From IMG/VR virus record IMGVR_UViG_3300030104_002421, positions 32,001-96,000 of that record: a stretch of DNA of 64,000 bases; one strand, written 5' to 3'. The DNA comes from a virus. The notes under the pieces were generated by a model. That model saw only the letters and a list, made by a program, of their open reading frames with translations, ran no database searches and was not told the DNA's origin. Position numbers and translations under genes: made by a program. Of the stretch, positions 37,127-47,984 are shown piece after piece (positions within the stretch are counted from its first letter, which is position 1; the number at the start of each line of letters is the position of its first letter).

Positions 37127-39598
37127 ATGCAAGAATTTTATACAAATGTATCGCCGTATGGTGATGAATTATTAGTCCGTGGTTTTTCAGGCGGCAAGCG
37201 TTTTGAGGATAGAGTAACATATGTCCCAAAACTATATCACCCATACAAAGGTAAAACTACCCACAAAGCATTAGATGGCACACCTCTGGTTGCTAGAACT
37301 TGTAAATCTGTTAAAGAAGCAAGAATGCTAATTAAGAGATACGAAGACCACCCTAACTTTTTATATGGCACAGATAGATGGCAATATCAATACATGGCAG
37401 ACTATTGGCCGGGTCAAGTTGAATATGATAAAGACAAGTTAAGAATTTATACAATTGATATTGAAGTTGAAAGTGAACAAGGATTTCCTAATCCTGATGA
37501 CGCTGAAGAAAAGATGATTTGTATAACTATTAAAGATAGTGTTACAAAAAAATTCTTGGTTTGGGGTATTGCTGATTATACAGTTAAACAAGATAATGTT
37601 TCTTATATCAAATGTGATAATGAAAGAGACTTACTTAAAAAGTTTTTAGATTTCTGGCGTCAATATACACCAGATGTTGTTACAGGTTGGAACAGTAAAT
37701 ACTTTGATGTACCTTATTTAATTAATCGTATTGAGAAAGTATTAGGTTCTGCTGCCATAAAAAGAATGTCGCCATGGGGTCTAGTAGATAGAGATACTGC
37801 TTATCACAATGGTAGACAAGTAACATTTTTCAGATTACTAGGTATTGCACAATTAGACTATTTGCAATTGTATGCCAAATTTACAATTAAGAACCAAGAA
37901 CGATATACACTTGACCATATTGCTTTTGTTGAGTTAGGTGAACAAAAAGATAAAAACCCATATGATACTTTCAAAGAATGGTATCAACAAGACATACAAT
38001 CTTTTATTGATTACAATATTATTGATGTTGAGTTAGTTGATAAACTAGAAGATAGATTACAATTGATTGAACTTGCATTAACTATGGCATACAATGCCAA
38101 AGCAAATTATGAAGATGTATTTTCGCAAGTTAGAATGTGGGATACAATTATCTTTAATGAATTGTTAAAAGACAATATTGTTGTACCAATGAGAAAGATT
38201 GGTAGTATTCAAGCAAAAGAACTTGTTGGTGCATATGTTAAAGAACCTAAAACAGGTTTCCATGAATGGGTTGTATCTTTTGATTTAAACAGTTTGTATC
38301 CACACCTTATTATGCAATACAATATTTCGCCAGAAACTATTTTAGAAGGTCAAAAAGATATTAAGATTTCTGACTTGATAAACAAGACGGTTGATACCTC
38401 TGATGGTAATTGTGTTGCTGCTAATGGCACAATGTATAGAAATGATAAACAAGGTATGTTGCCACGAATTATACAAAAAGAATATAATGCTCGTACAATA
38501 TTTAAAAAGAAAATGTTAGAAGCAGAGCAAATGTATGCTAACACAAAAGATAAGAAGTATGAAAAACTTGCAAGAAAATATTATATTGTTCAGCATTCTA
38601 AAAAGATTTCATTGAATAGTGCTTATGGTGCAATTGGTAACAAATACTTTAGATATTATGACCATAGACAGGCAGAAGCAATTACAATGTCAGGTCAATT
38701 AAATATTAAATGGATTGAGAAGAAACTAAACGAATACTTTAACAAGTTGTATAAAACTGATGATGATTATATTATTGCTAGTGATACAGATTCCGTGTAT
38801 ATTAATATGGCGCCATTAGTTAAGATGACAGGCGCTACAGATAAGAATAAGATTGTTAAAGCATTAGATAGTTTTTGTAGAGATAAAGTTGAACCATACA
38901 TTGCTAAAGTATATAAAGAACTTGCAGATTATATGAATGTCTATGAACAAAAAATGGAAATGGCAAGAGAAGTTATTGCTGATAGAGGTATCTGGACTGC
39001 CAAGAAAAGATATATTTTAAATGTACACAATTCTGAAGGTGTACAATATCCAGAACCTAAACTAAAGATTATGGGTATTGAAGCAGTTAAGACCTCAACG
39101 CCACTACCTTGTAGAGATAAACTCAAAGAGAGTTTTAAAATATTAATGAATGGTGATGAAAAAGAAATGAAAGAGTTTTGTGTAAACTTTAGACGAGAGT
39201 TTGAATTGTTACCACCTGAAGATATTGGTTTCCCTCGTAGTGTAAACAATGTAGAAAAATATAGTGATACAACATCTATCTACAAAAAAGGCACACCAAT
39301 GCATGTCAAAGGTGCATTACTATATAATCATCTATTGAAAACAAAAAAAGTATCACATAAACATCAAGCAATTTACGAAGGCGATAAAGGTAAGTTTGTG
39401 CATTTGAGAAAGAATCCTTGGAATGCCAATGTAATAACTTTCATTGGTAGTTTACCAAAAGAATTTGATATGCATAAACTTATTGATTATGAACAACAAT
39501 TTACTAAATCATTTATGGATCCACTACGATTTATACTCGAAGCAATAAACTGGAAAGTGGATGCAAGTGATAGTAATACAATTGAGGATTTCTTTTGA
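37127..39598 (+). CDS. gp43: Family B DNA polymerase gp43
   Basis: Exonuclease DIE, FDLNSLYP, KISLNSAYG, DTDS, KKRY. Confidence 0.98.
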   Translation: MQEFYTNVSPYGDELLVRGFSGGKRFEDRVTYVPKLYHPYKGKTTHKALDGTPLVARTCKSVKEARMLIKRYEDHPNFLYGTDRWQYQYMADYWPGQVEYDKDKLRIYTIDIEVESEQGFPNPDDAEEKMICITIKDSVTKKFLVWGIADYTVKQDNVSYIKCDNERDLLKKFLDFWRQYTPDVVTGWNSKYFDVPYLINRIEKVLGSAAIKRMSPWGLVDRDTAYHNGRQVTFFRLLGIAQLDYLQLYAKFTIKNQERYTLDHIAFVELGEQKDKNPYDTFKEWYQQDIQSFIDYNIIDVELVDKLEDRLQLIELALTMAYNAKANYEDVFSQVRMWDTIIFNELLKDNIVVPMRKIGSIQAKELVGAYVKEPKTGFHEWVVSFDLNSLYPHLIMQYNISPETILEGQKDIKISDLINKTVDTSDGNCVAANGTMYRNDKQGMLPRIIQKEYNARTIFKKKMLEAEQMYANTKDKKYEKLARKYYIVQHSKKISLNSAYGAIGNKYFRYYDHRQAEAITMSGQLNIKWIEKKLNEYFNKLYKTDDDYIIASDTDSVYINMAPLVKMTGATDKNKIVKALDSFCRDKVEPYIAKVYKELADYMNVYEQKMEMAREVIADRGIWTAKKRYILNVHNSEGVQYPEPKLKIMGIEAVKTSTPLPCRDKLKESFKILMNGDEKEMKEFCVNFRREFELLPPEDIGFPRSVNNVEKYSDTTSIYKKGTPMHVKGALLYNHLLKTKKVSHKHQAIYEGDKGKFVHLRKNPWNANVITFIGSLPKEFDMHKLIDYEQQFTKSFMDPLRFILEAINWKVDASDSNTIEDFF

Positions 39599-40725
39599 TA
39601 TTAAATGACCAAGATAGTACCTGGGCAATGAATTACTTTATTGAATACTTTGGGCAGTTTGAGAGAATTGACCAGTATCTTAAAGAACAAAAACTAGAAC
39701 AAGTCAAATCTTTTCCATTTCAGTTACCTGGTATGGCAGATGAAGATGATTTCTTTAGTAATTTTGATTTACACCCACATGATATGAAATTTAGTGTAAC
39801 AATACCAAACGGACAAATATTTGATAGAATGTTAAACAAAACATCTAGTCATACAAACATGTCAAGTATACCTGGTAAAAGTATTAGATTATTAGTTACA
39901 GAAACAACAACAAATACAATAGTTGGTTTTATAAGATTAGGTAGTCCAGTTATCAACAGCAAACCACGAAATGATTTTCTTGGTAGACCTTTACAAACAA
40001 CAGACTTAAAAGAAATGGGTCGTTTCAATGCAAGTGCCATCATGGGATTTGTTATAGTACCAACACAACCTTTTGGTTATAACTATCTAGGTGGTAAATT
40101 ATTAGCGGCGATATGTTGTTCTCATCATGTCCGTGATTTACTAAATAGCAAGTATAATACTAATATATGTTTATTTGAAACTACATCATTATATGGTAGT
40201 AGTAAGGCGTCAAGTCAATATGATGGTATGAAACCTTATTTAAGATTTAAAGGTTTGACAGATAGTAATTTTTTACCATTGTTACATGGTGACGCTTTTA
40301 AACAAATGAATAAATGGTTTACGGAACGAAATGGTAATGAACCATTAGTTGACCCAGAGGCAAGTAGTAGAAAACTTAAAACACAAACGAAGATGGTATC
40401 TGTTATAAAGGAATCATTAAAAAAACACAATACTAACTTATATGAAAAGTTTGGTAAGTTTGTTAATAAGACTAGAGACTTGACGGAAAGAAAAAGGTTT
40501 TATATATCTGATTACGGTTATGACAATGTACCACAGTATTTAAAAGGTGAAACTGATAAGTTAAATCCTAGTGTACACCACTATGATAAATTCACTTTAG
40601 AAAATACAATCAAGTGGTGGCAAAAGATTGCAGGTAAAAGATATGATAAACTAAAGCAAAGTGCCACATTGAGGAATGAATTAGAGATATGGCACCAGGA
40701 TGCTGAAATACAAATTATAAGATAA
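39595..40725 (+). CDS. DUF4338/DruA-like protein, copy 2, coupled to the polymerase gene
   Basis: PGKSIRLLV, LGSPVIN..PR, VPTQPFGYNYLGGKLLA, ETTSLYG..SQY; TTGA overlap with the gp43 stop. Confidence 0.8.
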   Translation: MILNDQDSTWAMNYFIEYFGQFERIDQYLKEQKLEQVKSFPFQLPGMADEDDFFSNFDLHPHDMKFSVTIPNGQIFDRMLNKTSSHTNMSSIPGKSIRLLVTETTTNTIVGFIRLGSPVINSKPRNDFLGRPLQTTDLKEMGRFNASAIMGFVIVPTQPFGYNYLGGKLLAAICCSHHVRDLLNSKYNTNICLFETTSLYGSSKASSQYDGMKPYLRFKGLTDSNFLPLLHGDAFKQMNKWFTERNGNEPLVDPEASSRKLKTQTKMVSVIKESLKKHNTNLYEKFGKFVNKTRDLTERKRFYISDYGYDNVPQYLKGETDKLNPSVHHYDKFTLENTIKWWQKIAGKRYDKLKQSATLRNELEIWHQDAEIQIIR

Positions 40726-40728
40726 AGC

Positions 40729-40756
40729 TTGACTTTTGAAAGGAGTATGATATAAT
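40729..40756 (+). promoter_or_regulatory. Sigma70-type promoter before the uvsX block
   Basis: TTGACT-N16-TATAAT with an extended TG. Confidence 0.65.
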
Positions 40757-40967
40757 GGAAGAGTTGATTAAAAAATTAGATGAACAAAACTTAACAGTTG
40801 CTGATTATAGTACAATGGTAAAGATAATACAAGCGTCTTTACAAAGAGGAGCGATAAGAGCGGAAGAATGTACTACTGTTGGTCAATTGTATGACAAATT
40901 AATAATTATGATAGAAAAACAAAATAAGGAGAATGAGAATGCCAGACTTTCTGAAACAGATAATTAA
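40755..40967 (+). CDS. Hypothetical protein
   Basis: 70-aa ORF with an AGGAG SD; [15 protein letters not shown]. Confidence 0.6.
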   Translation: MEELIKKLDEQNLTVADYSTMVKIIQASLQRGAIRAEECTTVGQLYDKLIIMIEKQNKENENARLSETDN

Positions 40968-41961
40968 AGATACAGGAAACGAATATGCCAGTTTAGTAAG
41001 TGAAGGTGTCGAAGCAGGTGATGTAGATACTTTTATTGATACTGGTTCTTATATGTTCAATGCTCTGTTATCTGGTAGTATTCATGGTGGTATTCCATCA
41101 AATAAAATTACTGCTGTTGCAGGTGAAAGTGCTACAGGTAAAACTTTCTTTGTATTAGGAATGTGTAAACATTTTTTAGATAACAACCCGGATGCAGGTG
41201 TTATTTTCTTTGAAAGTGAAAGTGCATTGACAAAAAAATTAATTGAAGATAGAGGTATTGATAGTAGTAGAATGGTAATTATGCCAGTAACTACAGTCCA
41301 AGAATTTAGACATCAAGCATTATCAGTTGCAGAAAAATATTTAGAACAAGATGAAGGTGATAGAAAACCTTTATTGTTTGTATTAGATAGTTTAGGTATG
41401 TTATCTACAACAAAAGAAGTAGAAGATACAGCAGAGGGTAAAGAAACTAGAGATATGACTAGAGCACAGGTACTCAAAGCGGCATTTAGAGTTTTAACTT
41501 TAAAATTAGGTAGAGCAAAAGTGCCAATGGTTATTACAAATCATACTTATGATGTAGTTGGTGCATATATGCCTATGAAAGAAATGGGTGGCGGGTCAGG
41601 ATTGAAATACGCTGCTAGTACAATTGTCTATCTATCAAAGAAAAAAGACAAAGAGGGTACGGAAGTTGTAGGTAATATTATACATTGTAAAACACAAAAG
41701 TCCAGATTATCAAAAGAGAATATGATGGTTGATGTAAGATTACGATATGATACAGGTTTAGACAAATACTATGGACTATTAGATTTATGTACAAAGTATG
41801 GTATATTTAAACAAGTATCAACAAGAATAGAGTTACCAGATGGCACAAAACAATATGCTAAATCAATATATAATGAACCAGAAAAATATTTCACAGACGA
41901 TATACTAAAACAAATAGACGAAGCGGCACAGAAAGAGTATAGTTATGGCAACGAAATATAG
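40939..41961 (+). CDS. uvsX: RecA-like recombinase UvsX
   Basis: [33 protein letters not shown]. Confidence 0.96.
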   Translation: MPDFLKQIIKDTGNEYASLVSEGVEAGDVDTFIDTGSYMFNALLSGSIHGGIPSNKITAVAGESATGKTFFVLGMCKHFLDNNPDAGVIFFESESALTKKLIEDRGIDSSRMVIMPVTTVQEFRHQALSVAEKYLEQDEGDRKPLLFVLDSLGMLSTTKEVEDTAEGKETRDMTRAQVLKAAFRVLTLKLGRAKVPMVITNHTYDVVGAYMPMKEMGGGSGLKYAASTIVYLSKKKDKEGTEVVGNIIHCKTQKSRLSKENMMVDVRLRYDTGLDKYYGLLDLCTKYGIFKQVSTRIELPDGTKQYAKSIYNEPEKYFTDDILKQIDEAAQKEYSYGNEI

Positions 41962-42250
41962 TTACCAAGAAAATCCATCAAACGAAGTAATGGGTTTTAA
42001 AATAGAAGAAGGTACATATAAAGATGTTATCTATACTTATGGTAAAGTAAATTTTATTGAAGATGAGGAATCAGATAAGTTAAGATTGAAGTTTGAATAT
42101 GATGTACATGAGAATCCTACAAAACAAAATACGGATTCAAGTGATTTTATAAATGTCATTGGTGACATTTTAGCAATAGAAGTGGAAAGGAATCCTAGTG
42201 GTAACAGCGGAACGAATAGAGAGAACGACCCTAAAAAATCTAATACATAA
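41945..42250 (+). CDS. Hypothetical protein in the gp40 position
   Basis: ORF between uvsX and gp41. Confidence 0.55.
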   Translation: MATKYSYQENPSNEVMGFKIEEGTYKDVIYTYGKVNFIEDEESDKLRLKFEYDVHENPTKQNTDSSDFINVIGDILAIEVERNPSGNSGTNRENDPKKSNT

Positions 42251-43598
42251 CGAAGAATATACTCGTAAGGTATTACCTTTTTTAAAGGCAGAATATTTTG
42301 ATGACAGAAGCGAAAAGATAATCTTTTCTGAAATTGAAAAATTTATATCTCAATATAATAAACCACCTACAAAAGAAACACTACAGATTGATATAGGTAA
42401 AAGAAAAGACCTAAACGAAAAAGAATATCAAAATATAGTTGACTTAATTTCTACACTTAACAAAGAAGAAATAGATTTAGCGTGGTTAGTTAACACTACA
42501 GAAAAGTTTTGTAAAGACCGTGCCATTCATAATGCAGTTATGGAAGGTATTCATATCATTGATGGTAGAGATAAAAAACATACACCAGAGGCAATACCAG
42601 AAATATTAAAAGACGCTTTGGCAGTAAGTTTTGATAATAATGTCGGGCACGATTACTTATCAGATATTGAAAAACGATTTGACTTTTATCATAAGAAAGA
42701 AAATAGAATTGCTTTTGATTTAGATTACTTTAATAAAGTTACAAAAGGCGGACTCCCTAATAAAACATTGAATGTTGCTCTTGCAGGTACGGGTGTTGGT
42801 AAAACTTTATTCATGTGTCATCAGGCTGCCGCTGCCTTAGCAGATAATAAGAATGTATTGTATATCACAATGGAAATGGCAGAGGAAAGAATTGCAGAAA
42901 GAATAGACGCTAACTTATTAAATGTATCTATGGAAGATTTACATATGTTAAACAAGAAAATGTTTGCTGATAAGGTAGTAAAATTACAAAGTAAAACAAC
43001 AGGTACAGTTATCATTAAAGAATATCCAACCGCAGGTGCAGGTGCAAATCATTATAGAGCATTAGTCAATGAGTTGGCATTAAAGAAAAGTTTTAAACCA
43101 GATATTATATTCATAGACTATATTAATATTTGTGCAAGTAGTAGATTTAAGGCAGGTGCTAATGTAAACAGTTATACTTACATTAAAGCAATCGCTGAAG
43201 AATTAAGAGGATTGGCAGTAGAGTTAGATGTGCCAATTGTAACGGCAACACAAACAACAAGAACAGGTTTTGTTTCCACAGATGTAGGTTTAGAAGACAC
43301 ATCTGAAAGTTTTGGTTTACCAGCAACAGCAGACTTTATGTTTGCTTTGATTAGTAGTGAGGAATTAGAGAAGGCAGGTCAAATGCTTGTCAAACAATTA
43401 AAGAACAGATACAACGACCCAACAATGAATAGAAAGTTTATTATAGGTGTTGATAGAAGTAGAATGAAATTGTTTGATATAGAACAATCAGCACAAAATC
43501 TAATACAACCAGAACAGGAGAAATATGTCGAACACAGTATTAAAAAAGAAGAAACGCCAGAAGACAAGTACAAGAAGTTCCAAAACATCCAATTCTAA
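42198..43598 (+). CDS. gp41: Replicative helicase gp41
   Basis: LAGTGVGKT, EMAEERIAERIDAN, DYINI, TSESFGLPATAD, KQLKNRY. Confidence 0.97.
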   Translation: MVTAERIERTTLKNLIHNEEYTRKVLPFLKAEYFDDRSEKIIFSEIEKFISQYNKPPTKETLQIDIGKRKDLNEKEYQNIVDLISTLNKEEIDLAWLVNTTEKFCKDRAIHNAVMEGIHIIDGRDKKHTPEAIPEILKDALAVSFDNNVGHDYLSDIEKRFDFYHKKENRIAFDLDYFNKVTKGGLPNKTLNVALAGTGVGKTLFMCHQAAAALADNKNVLYITMEMAEERIAERIDANLLNVSMEDLHMLNKKMFADKVVKLQSKTTGTVIIKEYPTAGAGANHYRALVNELALKKSFKPDIIFIDYINICASSRFKAGANVNSYTYIKAIAEELRGLAVELDVPIVTATQTTRTGFVSTDVGLEDTSESFGLPATADFMFALISSEELEKAGQMLVKQLKNRYNDPTMNRKFIIGVDRSRMKLFDIEQSAQNLIQPEQEKYVEHSIKKEETPEDKYKKFQNIQF

Positions 43599-43794
43599 AC
43601 TATCTTATAGTGTAAAAACTGTAAAAAAGAACAAGGATATAGTATTTGAAGTATGGCAGAAAAATTCCTTAGGCAAAGATGGTAGAGTAAGTACCTTTGA
43701 TTTTAAGAAGGACGCTAAACATTTTGCAGAATTTCACAATAAAAACCAAATATGGCGTGCAAATGGAGGTATTCCTAACTTTCTGCTTGACTAA
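43525..43794 (+). CDS. Hypothetical basic protein
   Basis: SD AGGAG; C-terminal W..NGGIPNFL. Confidence 0.6.
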   Translation: MSNTVLKKKKRQKTSTRSSKTSNSKLSYSVKTVKKNKDIVFEVWQKNSLGKDGRVSTFDFKKDAKHFAEFHNKNQIWRANGGIPNFLLD

Positions 43795-43864
43795 ATAGTT
43801 CTAATAGTATATAAGTGTATAATTAATAAACAATAATGTTTATTATACACAATGGGAGTTATTG

Positions 43865-44923
43865 ATGTTAAGTTTTAAAGGTCACAGCGTATTATCTGAA
43901 GCACGAAGTCGTGGTGAAGAAATGGAAGAATTAATCATTGCCGCTGTCAATGGTCAAAAAGAACCTAAATCTAAATATGGCATACCTACCGGTGCAGGTA
44001 AGAATGTTGCCAAATTTCTCAAATCAAAAGGTATATCAGGCAAGGGTAAAGTCCTTGGTGCAGATACTATTACTGTAACACCAGAATGGTCAAAGTATTG
44101 GCCGGGTGGTAGTGTACCTGGTTCTACTAAAACACCTAAAACAGATTTTATCATAGGTAAGAATAAAATATCTCTAAAGTCAGGTAGTGCAGCTCAGTTA
44201 ATGAGTGGTGGTCGTAATGAAAGTATTGCGACATTTTACACGGCATTAGGTAGTGTTGAGGGTATGCAAAAGAAAATGATTGATAAACTTACTAATATGT
44301 TTGAAGGACTTGCACCAGCAAGTGTTGCCGGTTCTGAATTAGGTAAAGAAATCAAAAAAGGTAAAGATAAGGCAGTTATGCAAGCCAATCAAGCACATAA
44401 AGAATTGATGGGTGAGTTAAAAGCAATCTTTGCTAAAAACAAATCTTTTGCTAATGCATTTGCTTATGAAGCAATGTCAGGTGATGTTAAGTTTGGCCGT
44501 AAATCACCAGGTAGTTGTAGTCATTTTTTAACGACAAGTTTTGATGGCAAAAAAGCTGCATTGAAAAAAGTATCAGACAAATCTTATGTAAGTAAAATTG
44601 CTGACCAAATGAAAGTATCAGTAAGGTTTAAATCATCTAGTCAAAAAGTAGGTGGTAAGAAAACTGGTAAATACAAATACTGGTCTGCTGTAGGACTTAT
44701 TGTAGATAAACTGGAAGAAGAAATGAAACCTATTGAAGGACAAATCTTACATGAAGGTATCATGGACAAACTAAAAGGTATATACAATAGAATGAAAGAT
44801 TTTGTTGTCAAAATATTTAAAGACATAATGGCATATGTTTCAAAAGGGTTTAGAAATCTAATATCCTTTTTAGATGTAGAACCAGTTGTTGATGTTAAAA
44901 CTAGTGTAAAGATAGATGTATAG
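43865..44923 (+). CDS. Putative PD-(D/E)xK nuclease-fold virion protein
   Basis: TPKTDF..KISLK motif; N-terminal MLSFKGHSVLSE resembles a capsid-targeting peptide; CTAAATA upstream. Confidence 0.5.
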   Translation: MLSFKGHSVLSEARSRGEEMEELIIAAVNGQKEPKSKYGIPTGAGKNVAKFLKSKGISGKGKVLGADTITVTPEWSKYWPGGSVPGSTKTPKTDFIIGKNKISLKSGSAAQLMSGGRNESIATFYTALGSVEGMQKKMIDKLTNMFEGLAPASVAGSELGKEIKKGKDKAVMQANQAHKELMGELKAIFAKNKSFANAFAYEAMSGDVKFGRKSPGSCSHFLTTSFDGKKAALKKVSDKSYVSKIADQMKVSVRFKSSSQKVGGKKTGKYKYWSAVGLIVDKLEEEMKPIEGQILHEGIMDKLKGIYNRMKDFVVKIFKDIMAYVSKGFRNLISFLDVEPVVDVKTSVKIDV

Positions 44924-46151
44924 TTTAAATAATTATTTGGTTGAGGATAAAAATACTCATTTAGAACACCTAGAAGATGATATAATCAATAATGGTTATG
45001 CAGGTGGTCTTAATGCAGTTAATTTTTTGAAAGCAACGGCAGATTTACTATCAGGTAATAGTTCTAAAGGAACAAGTATTACTGTTAAATGGGACGGCGC
45101 ACCAGCAATTGTGTGTGGTCCTAATCCAGAAAATGGTAAATTTTTTGTTGGTACTAAATCTGTGTTTAATGCAACACCAAAAATTAACTATACAATACAA
45201 GATATAAAAAACAATCATACTGGCGAAGTTGCTAATATATTACAAGATTGTTTACGATATCTTTCTGGTTTAAACATGAAAGAAATATTACAAGGAGACC
45301 TGATGTACAGGTCTTCTACTTTAAAGAAAACTACTTATAAGACCTCTACTGGTAAATCTGAGCAAATGTTTTCGTTTCAACCTAATACAATTGTTTACAT
45401 GGTACCAGAAAATTCAGGTCTTGGTCGTAAGATGAACAGTAGTAAACTAGGTATTATATTTCATACAACATATAAAGGTAAGACAATGAATAAGTTGTCT
45501 GCTAAGTTTGGTGCTAATGTAAAAAAATTAAGAAGAACACCATCAGTATGGTTTGATGACGCTTCATATAAAGATGTTTCTGGTAATGCAACAATGACAA
45601 TAGGTGAAATGCAACAGTTACAAAAAACATTAAACATGGCACAAGGTAGTTTAAAACAATCTAAAGAAATGTTAAACAAAATAAAAACAGAAACAAATAC
45701 ATTATCAGTAGGTGTACAGTTGAAAACATATCTTAATAGTTTTATTAGAGCGGCAACAGATTTGCCAAGTACAAAAGAAGTATCTACAAAGTTTAGAGAA
45801 TACTATGAACAAAGAACACAAAAAGAGATTGATAGTAAGAAAACAGATAAAGGAAAAGAAAAGTATATTGATATACAAAAGACAGGTTTAAAATTTATTG
45901 ATAGTCAAGGTAAACAAGTTTACTTTGCATGTGCCACTTATAAAACTTTGCAAACAGCAAAGAAAATATTAATAGACAAGTTAAATAAAGTGAAGTCTAT
46001 AGGTACATTTAAAACAACGCCAAATGGTCTACAATCAACAAATCCAGAAGGGTATGTTGCAGTAGATAAAAAAGGCAAAGCAGTAAAGTTAGTAGATAGA
46101 ATGGAGTTTAGTTTACAAAACTTTACGGCTGCAAAAAACTGGAAGGGGTAA
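44916..46151 (+). CDS. ATP-dependent ligase-like nucleotidyltransferase (DUF6267-like)
   Basis: Motif I TVKWDG, III QGDL, IV PEGYV, V VKLV; N-terminal KNTHLEHLED. Confidence 0.7.
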   Translation: MYSLNNYLVEDKNTHLEHLEDDIINNGYAGGLNAVNFLKATADLLSGNSSKGTSITVKWDGAPAIVCGPNPENGKFFVGTKSVFNATPKINYTIQDIKNNHTGEVANILQDCLRYLSGLNMKEILQGDLMYRSSTLKKTTYKTSTGKSEQMFSFQPNTIVYMVPENSGLGRKMNSSKLGIIFHTTYKGKTMNKLSAKFGANVKKLRRTPSVWFDDASYKDVSGNATMTIGEMQQLQKTLNMAQGSLKQSKEMLNKIKTETNTLSVGVQLKTYLNSFIRAATDLPSTKEVSTKFREYYEQRTQKEIDSKKTDKGKEKYIDIQKTGLKFIDSQGKQVYFACATYKTLQTAKKILIDKLNKVKSIGTFKTTPNGLQSTNPEGYVAVDKKGKAVKLVDRMEFSLQNFTAAKNWKG

Positions 46152-46153
46152 AA

Positions 46154-46999
46154 ATGTCAGGCAAAGGATTATGGCATAATATTCGCATGAAAAGAAAAGC
46201 AGGGAAACCTAAGGCGAAACCTGGTGATAAGGGATATCCTGGACCAGGTGCTTTTGATAGAGCAAAAGAAGATATCAATGTACCAATTAATGTAGGTGAT
46301 ACAGTAAAAGGTGGTAAGTTTAAGAACAAATCAATCAAAGTAAAATCTATAGGTAAGAATGATAAAGGTGATATCACAATAAACGATAAACCATTAATGA
46401 AATTTAGATTGACTACAAAAGTTGAAGCTAGAGATTATAAAGATGAATATAAAAAGTTTCAATCTTCTAAAGAAAAAATTGCTTACAGAGCAGATTTAGT
46501 AAAATACAATAGAGATAAAGGTACTTATGGAAACGGTGATGGTAAAGACGCTTCACACAAAGGTGATAAAATTGTAGGTTTTGAAGACGCTAGTAAGAAT
46601 AGAGGTAGAAAAGAAAAGAGTAGAAAAAAAGGATATAAAGAATTAAGAAAAGAACAAGTTGATGACCATGAAGTTTCTATGGCAAGAGGTGAATTACAAG
46701 TTACTGCTGACAGGTCGTTAAAACTTGTTTCTTATCTACAAGGTAAATCAGATGAAGGTAATCCTATAGAAGCATGGGTACAATCTAAAATTACCAAAGC
46801 AAAAGATTATATAACATCCGTACATGATTATTTGTTGAATAGACCAGAAGACGCCATGGAACAGGCACCAAATACTGCTGACGCTATGAAAAGACATAAG
46901 GCAGGTAAGTCAGGTTTTACAGATAAAGCACACTTGAAGGCAAAAGGTTTAATACCTAGGTCTGATGGTGAAAAAAGAAAGAGCGACAAATATAAATGA
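46154..46999 (+). CDS. Modular basic protein (probable internal head polyprotein)
   Basis: Several short unrelated modules each ending in Glu; one HNH-like module (RDYKDEY..DGKDASH..NRGR). Confidence 0.6.
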   Translation: MSGKGLWHNIRMKRKAGKPKAKPGDKGYPGPGAFDRAKEDINVPINVGDTVKGGKFKNKSIKVKSIGKNDKGDITINDKPLMKFRLTTKVEARDYKDEYKKFQSSKEKIAYRADLVKYNRDKGTYGNGDGKDASHKGDKIVGFEDASKNRGRKEKSRKKGYKELRKEQVDDHEVSMARGELQVTADRSLKLVSYLQGKSDEGNPIEAWVQSKITKAKDYITSVHDYLLNRPEDAMEQAPNTADAMKRHKAGKSGFTDKAHLKAKGLIPRSDGEKRKSDKYK

Positions 47000-47322
47000 G
47001 AGTAATGTCATTTTTAAAATTTCAGGAAGAACCTAGAATACCTAGGAAAAAAGGACAACCTGCTGGGTCAGATAAACATTCTGATTTATATACAGATGAG
47101 AATCCAAAAGGTACTATTAAAGGTTTAGGTTTTAAAGATGTTGCAACGGCAAAAGCAAGTGTTGCTAAAATTAAAGGTTCTGGTAAATCACATGCTCATA
47201 AAATACAGGCAGCGATTGCCATGGAACAAAGAGCAAGAGTTATGGGAAAAACTGCTGAAGCGGCAGTATATAGAACTTTTATTAATGCAATGAAGAAAAA
47301 AACAAAAGAAAAAAACAAATGA
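46996..47322 (+). CDS. Conserved hypothetical basic protein
   Basis: HSDLYTDENPKGTI.GLGFKD; N-terminal MSFLKFQEE. Confidence 0.65.
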   Translation: MRVMSFLKFQEEPRIPRKKGQPAGSDKHSDLYTDENPKGTIKGLGFKDVATAKASVAKIKGSGKSHAHKIQAAIAMEQRARVMGKTAEAAVYRTFINAMKKKTKEKNK

Positions 47323-47984
47323 TACCATTTATATTAAAAGAAGGTTTATATGACCCAGGCATTTTCAAGGCATTTTTTCTTGCAGGTGGTCCTGGTTCAG
47401 GTAAAACTTATGTAACTAGAAAGGTAACTGGTGGTTTAGGATTAAAAAATGTTAATTCAGACGCTGCCTTTGAAACAGGTTTAAAGAAAGCAGGTCTATC
47501 TTTAAAAATGCCAGATAGTGAAAAAGAACCAAGAGATAAAGTTAGAGCAAAAGCAAAGGCATTAACACAAAAGAGTTTAGAAGGTTATATTGGTGGTCGT
47601 TTAGGTTTAGTTATTGACAGTACAGGTAGAGACTATTCTAATATTGCAAAACCAGTTATGTTATTAAAACAAATGGGATATGATTGTTATATGATATTTG
47701 TAAATACAAGTTTAGATGTTGCATTGAAAAGAAATGCCGCTAGAGATAGAACAGTTGCTCCAGATTTAGTAAAAAAAAGTTGGAATACTGTTCAACAAAA
47801 CATGGGAAAGTTCCAAAGAATATTTGGACAAAAGAATATGATTATACTTGATAATAATAATGCAAAAGAAGATGTATTATTAGGTGTGTATAAACAAGTT
47901 TTGAAGTTGGTTAAGAAACCTATTCAAAATCATATTGCGAAAAAATGGATGAAAAGAGAAGCAGAGAAAAGAAAAGCAAAATGA
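47319..47984 (+). CDS. P-loop kinase (PNK/zeta-toxin-like)
   Basis: AGGPGSGKT, NSD, IDSTG, ALKRNAARDR. Confidence 0.8.
   Translation: MIPFILKEGLYDPGIFKAFFLAGGPGSGKTYVTRKVTGGLGLKNVNSDAAFETGLKKAGLSLKMPDSEKEPRDKVRAKAKALTQKSLEGYIGGRLGLVIDSTGRDYSNIAKPVMLLKQMGYDCYMIFVNTSLDVALKRNAARDRTVAPDLVKKSWNTVQQNMGKFQRIFGQKNMIILDNNNAKEDVLLGVYKQVLKLVKKPIQNHIAKKWMKREAEKRKAK

Noticed and set aside
26803-40725. Druantia anti-phage defence system
   Set aside because: Only DruA-like domains are present, with no DruE helicase or other Dru genes, and the context is phage replication/modification
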